This document shows, piece by piece, positions 63,527 to 64,000 of a stretch of 64,000 bases of DNA; the first letter of the stretch is position 1, and every line of letters starts with the position of its first letter. The stretch is taken from positions 52,452,001-52,516,000 of the forward strand of contig OX597830.1 of NCBI GenBank assembly GCA_951406725.2. The letters run 5' to 3'. This DNA is from Octopus vulgaris. Its lineage: Eukaryota. Under the pieces are notes generated by a model. The model saw only the letters and a list, made by a program, of their open reading frames with translations. It was not told the DNA's origin and made no database searches. The position numbers and the translations under genes are program-made.

Positions 63527-64000
63527 CCCTCTCTCTCTCCTCTCTCACTTTATATATATATATATATATATATGAGTTTGGAAGGATATGTTATCTAGAA
63601 GGATACCATATTAGTTCAGTTAGGTCCCAGTTAACAGCTAACCATAACAATCAGTATCTAACGTCCTTGTCTACATTTAGTTGTTAGTCACTCAGTGAAT
63701 TTTTCCAATGGGTAAATCTGTGTACTCAACATTGGATGATAAAAATTGTCTGGAGTATATATATTTATAATAATAAAGAGTCTGAACTTGAGTAACAGGG
63801 AAGAAATAACTAACAATAGAAGTGACATAGACATTGAGACCATAGTAGCATGCACTGGAGTAAGCGGGGCGGAATGGTAACAGAAGAACAAGCAGTCAAA
63901 GTGAAGCAACCCTAACAAATTCTTTCACAGGCATAGAAATAGAAGGACAAACTGCTAGAAAGAGCAGCACCAAAATTAATAGCCATAGGGAATTCAGAAA

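Overview
AT-rich, repeat-saturated eukaryotic DNA. The SINE, LINE and microsatellite make-up looks like an octopus (coleoid cephalopod) genome, but that is an inference from recalled repeat families. I could not confidently identify any intact protein-coding gene, true tRNA/rRNA gene or CRISPR array; almost all of the supplied ORFs are translations of microsatellites or SINEs. The window contains at least five tRNA-headed SINE families, decayed RTE, CR1/L2, R4/NeSL-type and Penelope retroelements, a Gypsy LTR/PBS/gag start, Tc1 (DD37E), mariner, hAT and piggyBac-like DNA elements, and several Helitrons. The most interesting theme is a set of hammerhead-ribozyme (HHR)-like motifs. One is a type-I HHR inside a ~150-nt rod-like fold at 53.2 kb that looks like a retrozyme. 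Another is a tRNA-headed SINE at 14.8-15.4 kb that carries a minimal Penelope-type HHR and inserted as an inverted duplication with a 12-bp TSD. Further Penelope-type minimal HHRs lie at 14.6 and 55.9 kb. A twin-priming-type inverted RTE insertion and a four-level nested insertion with readable TSDs are also present. All alignments and folds were done by eye.
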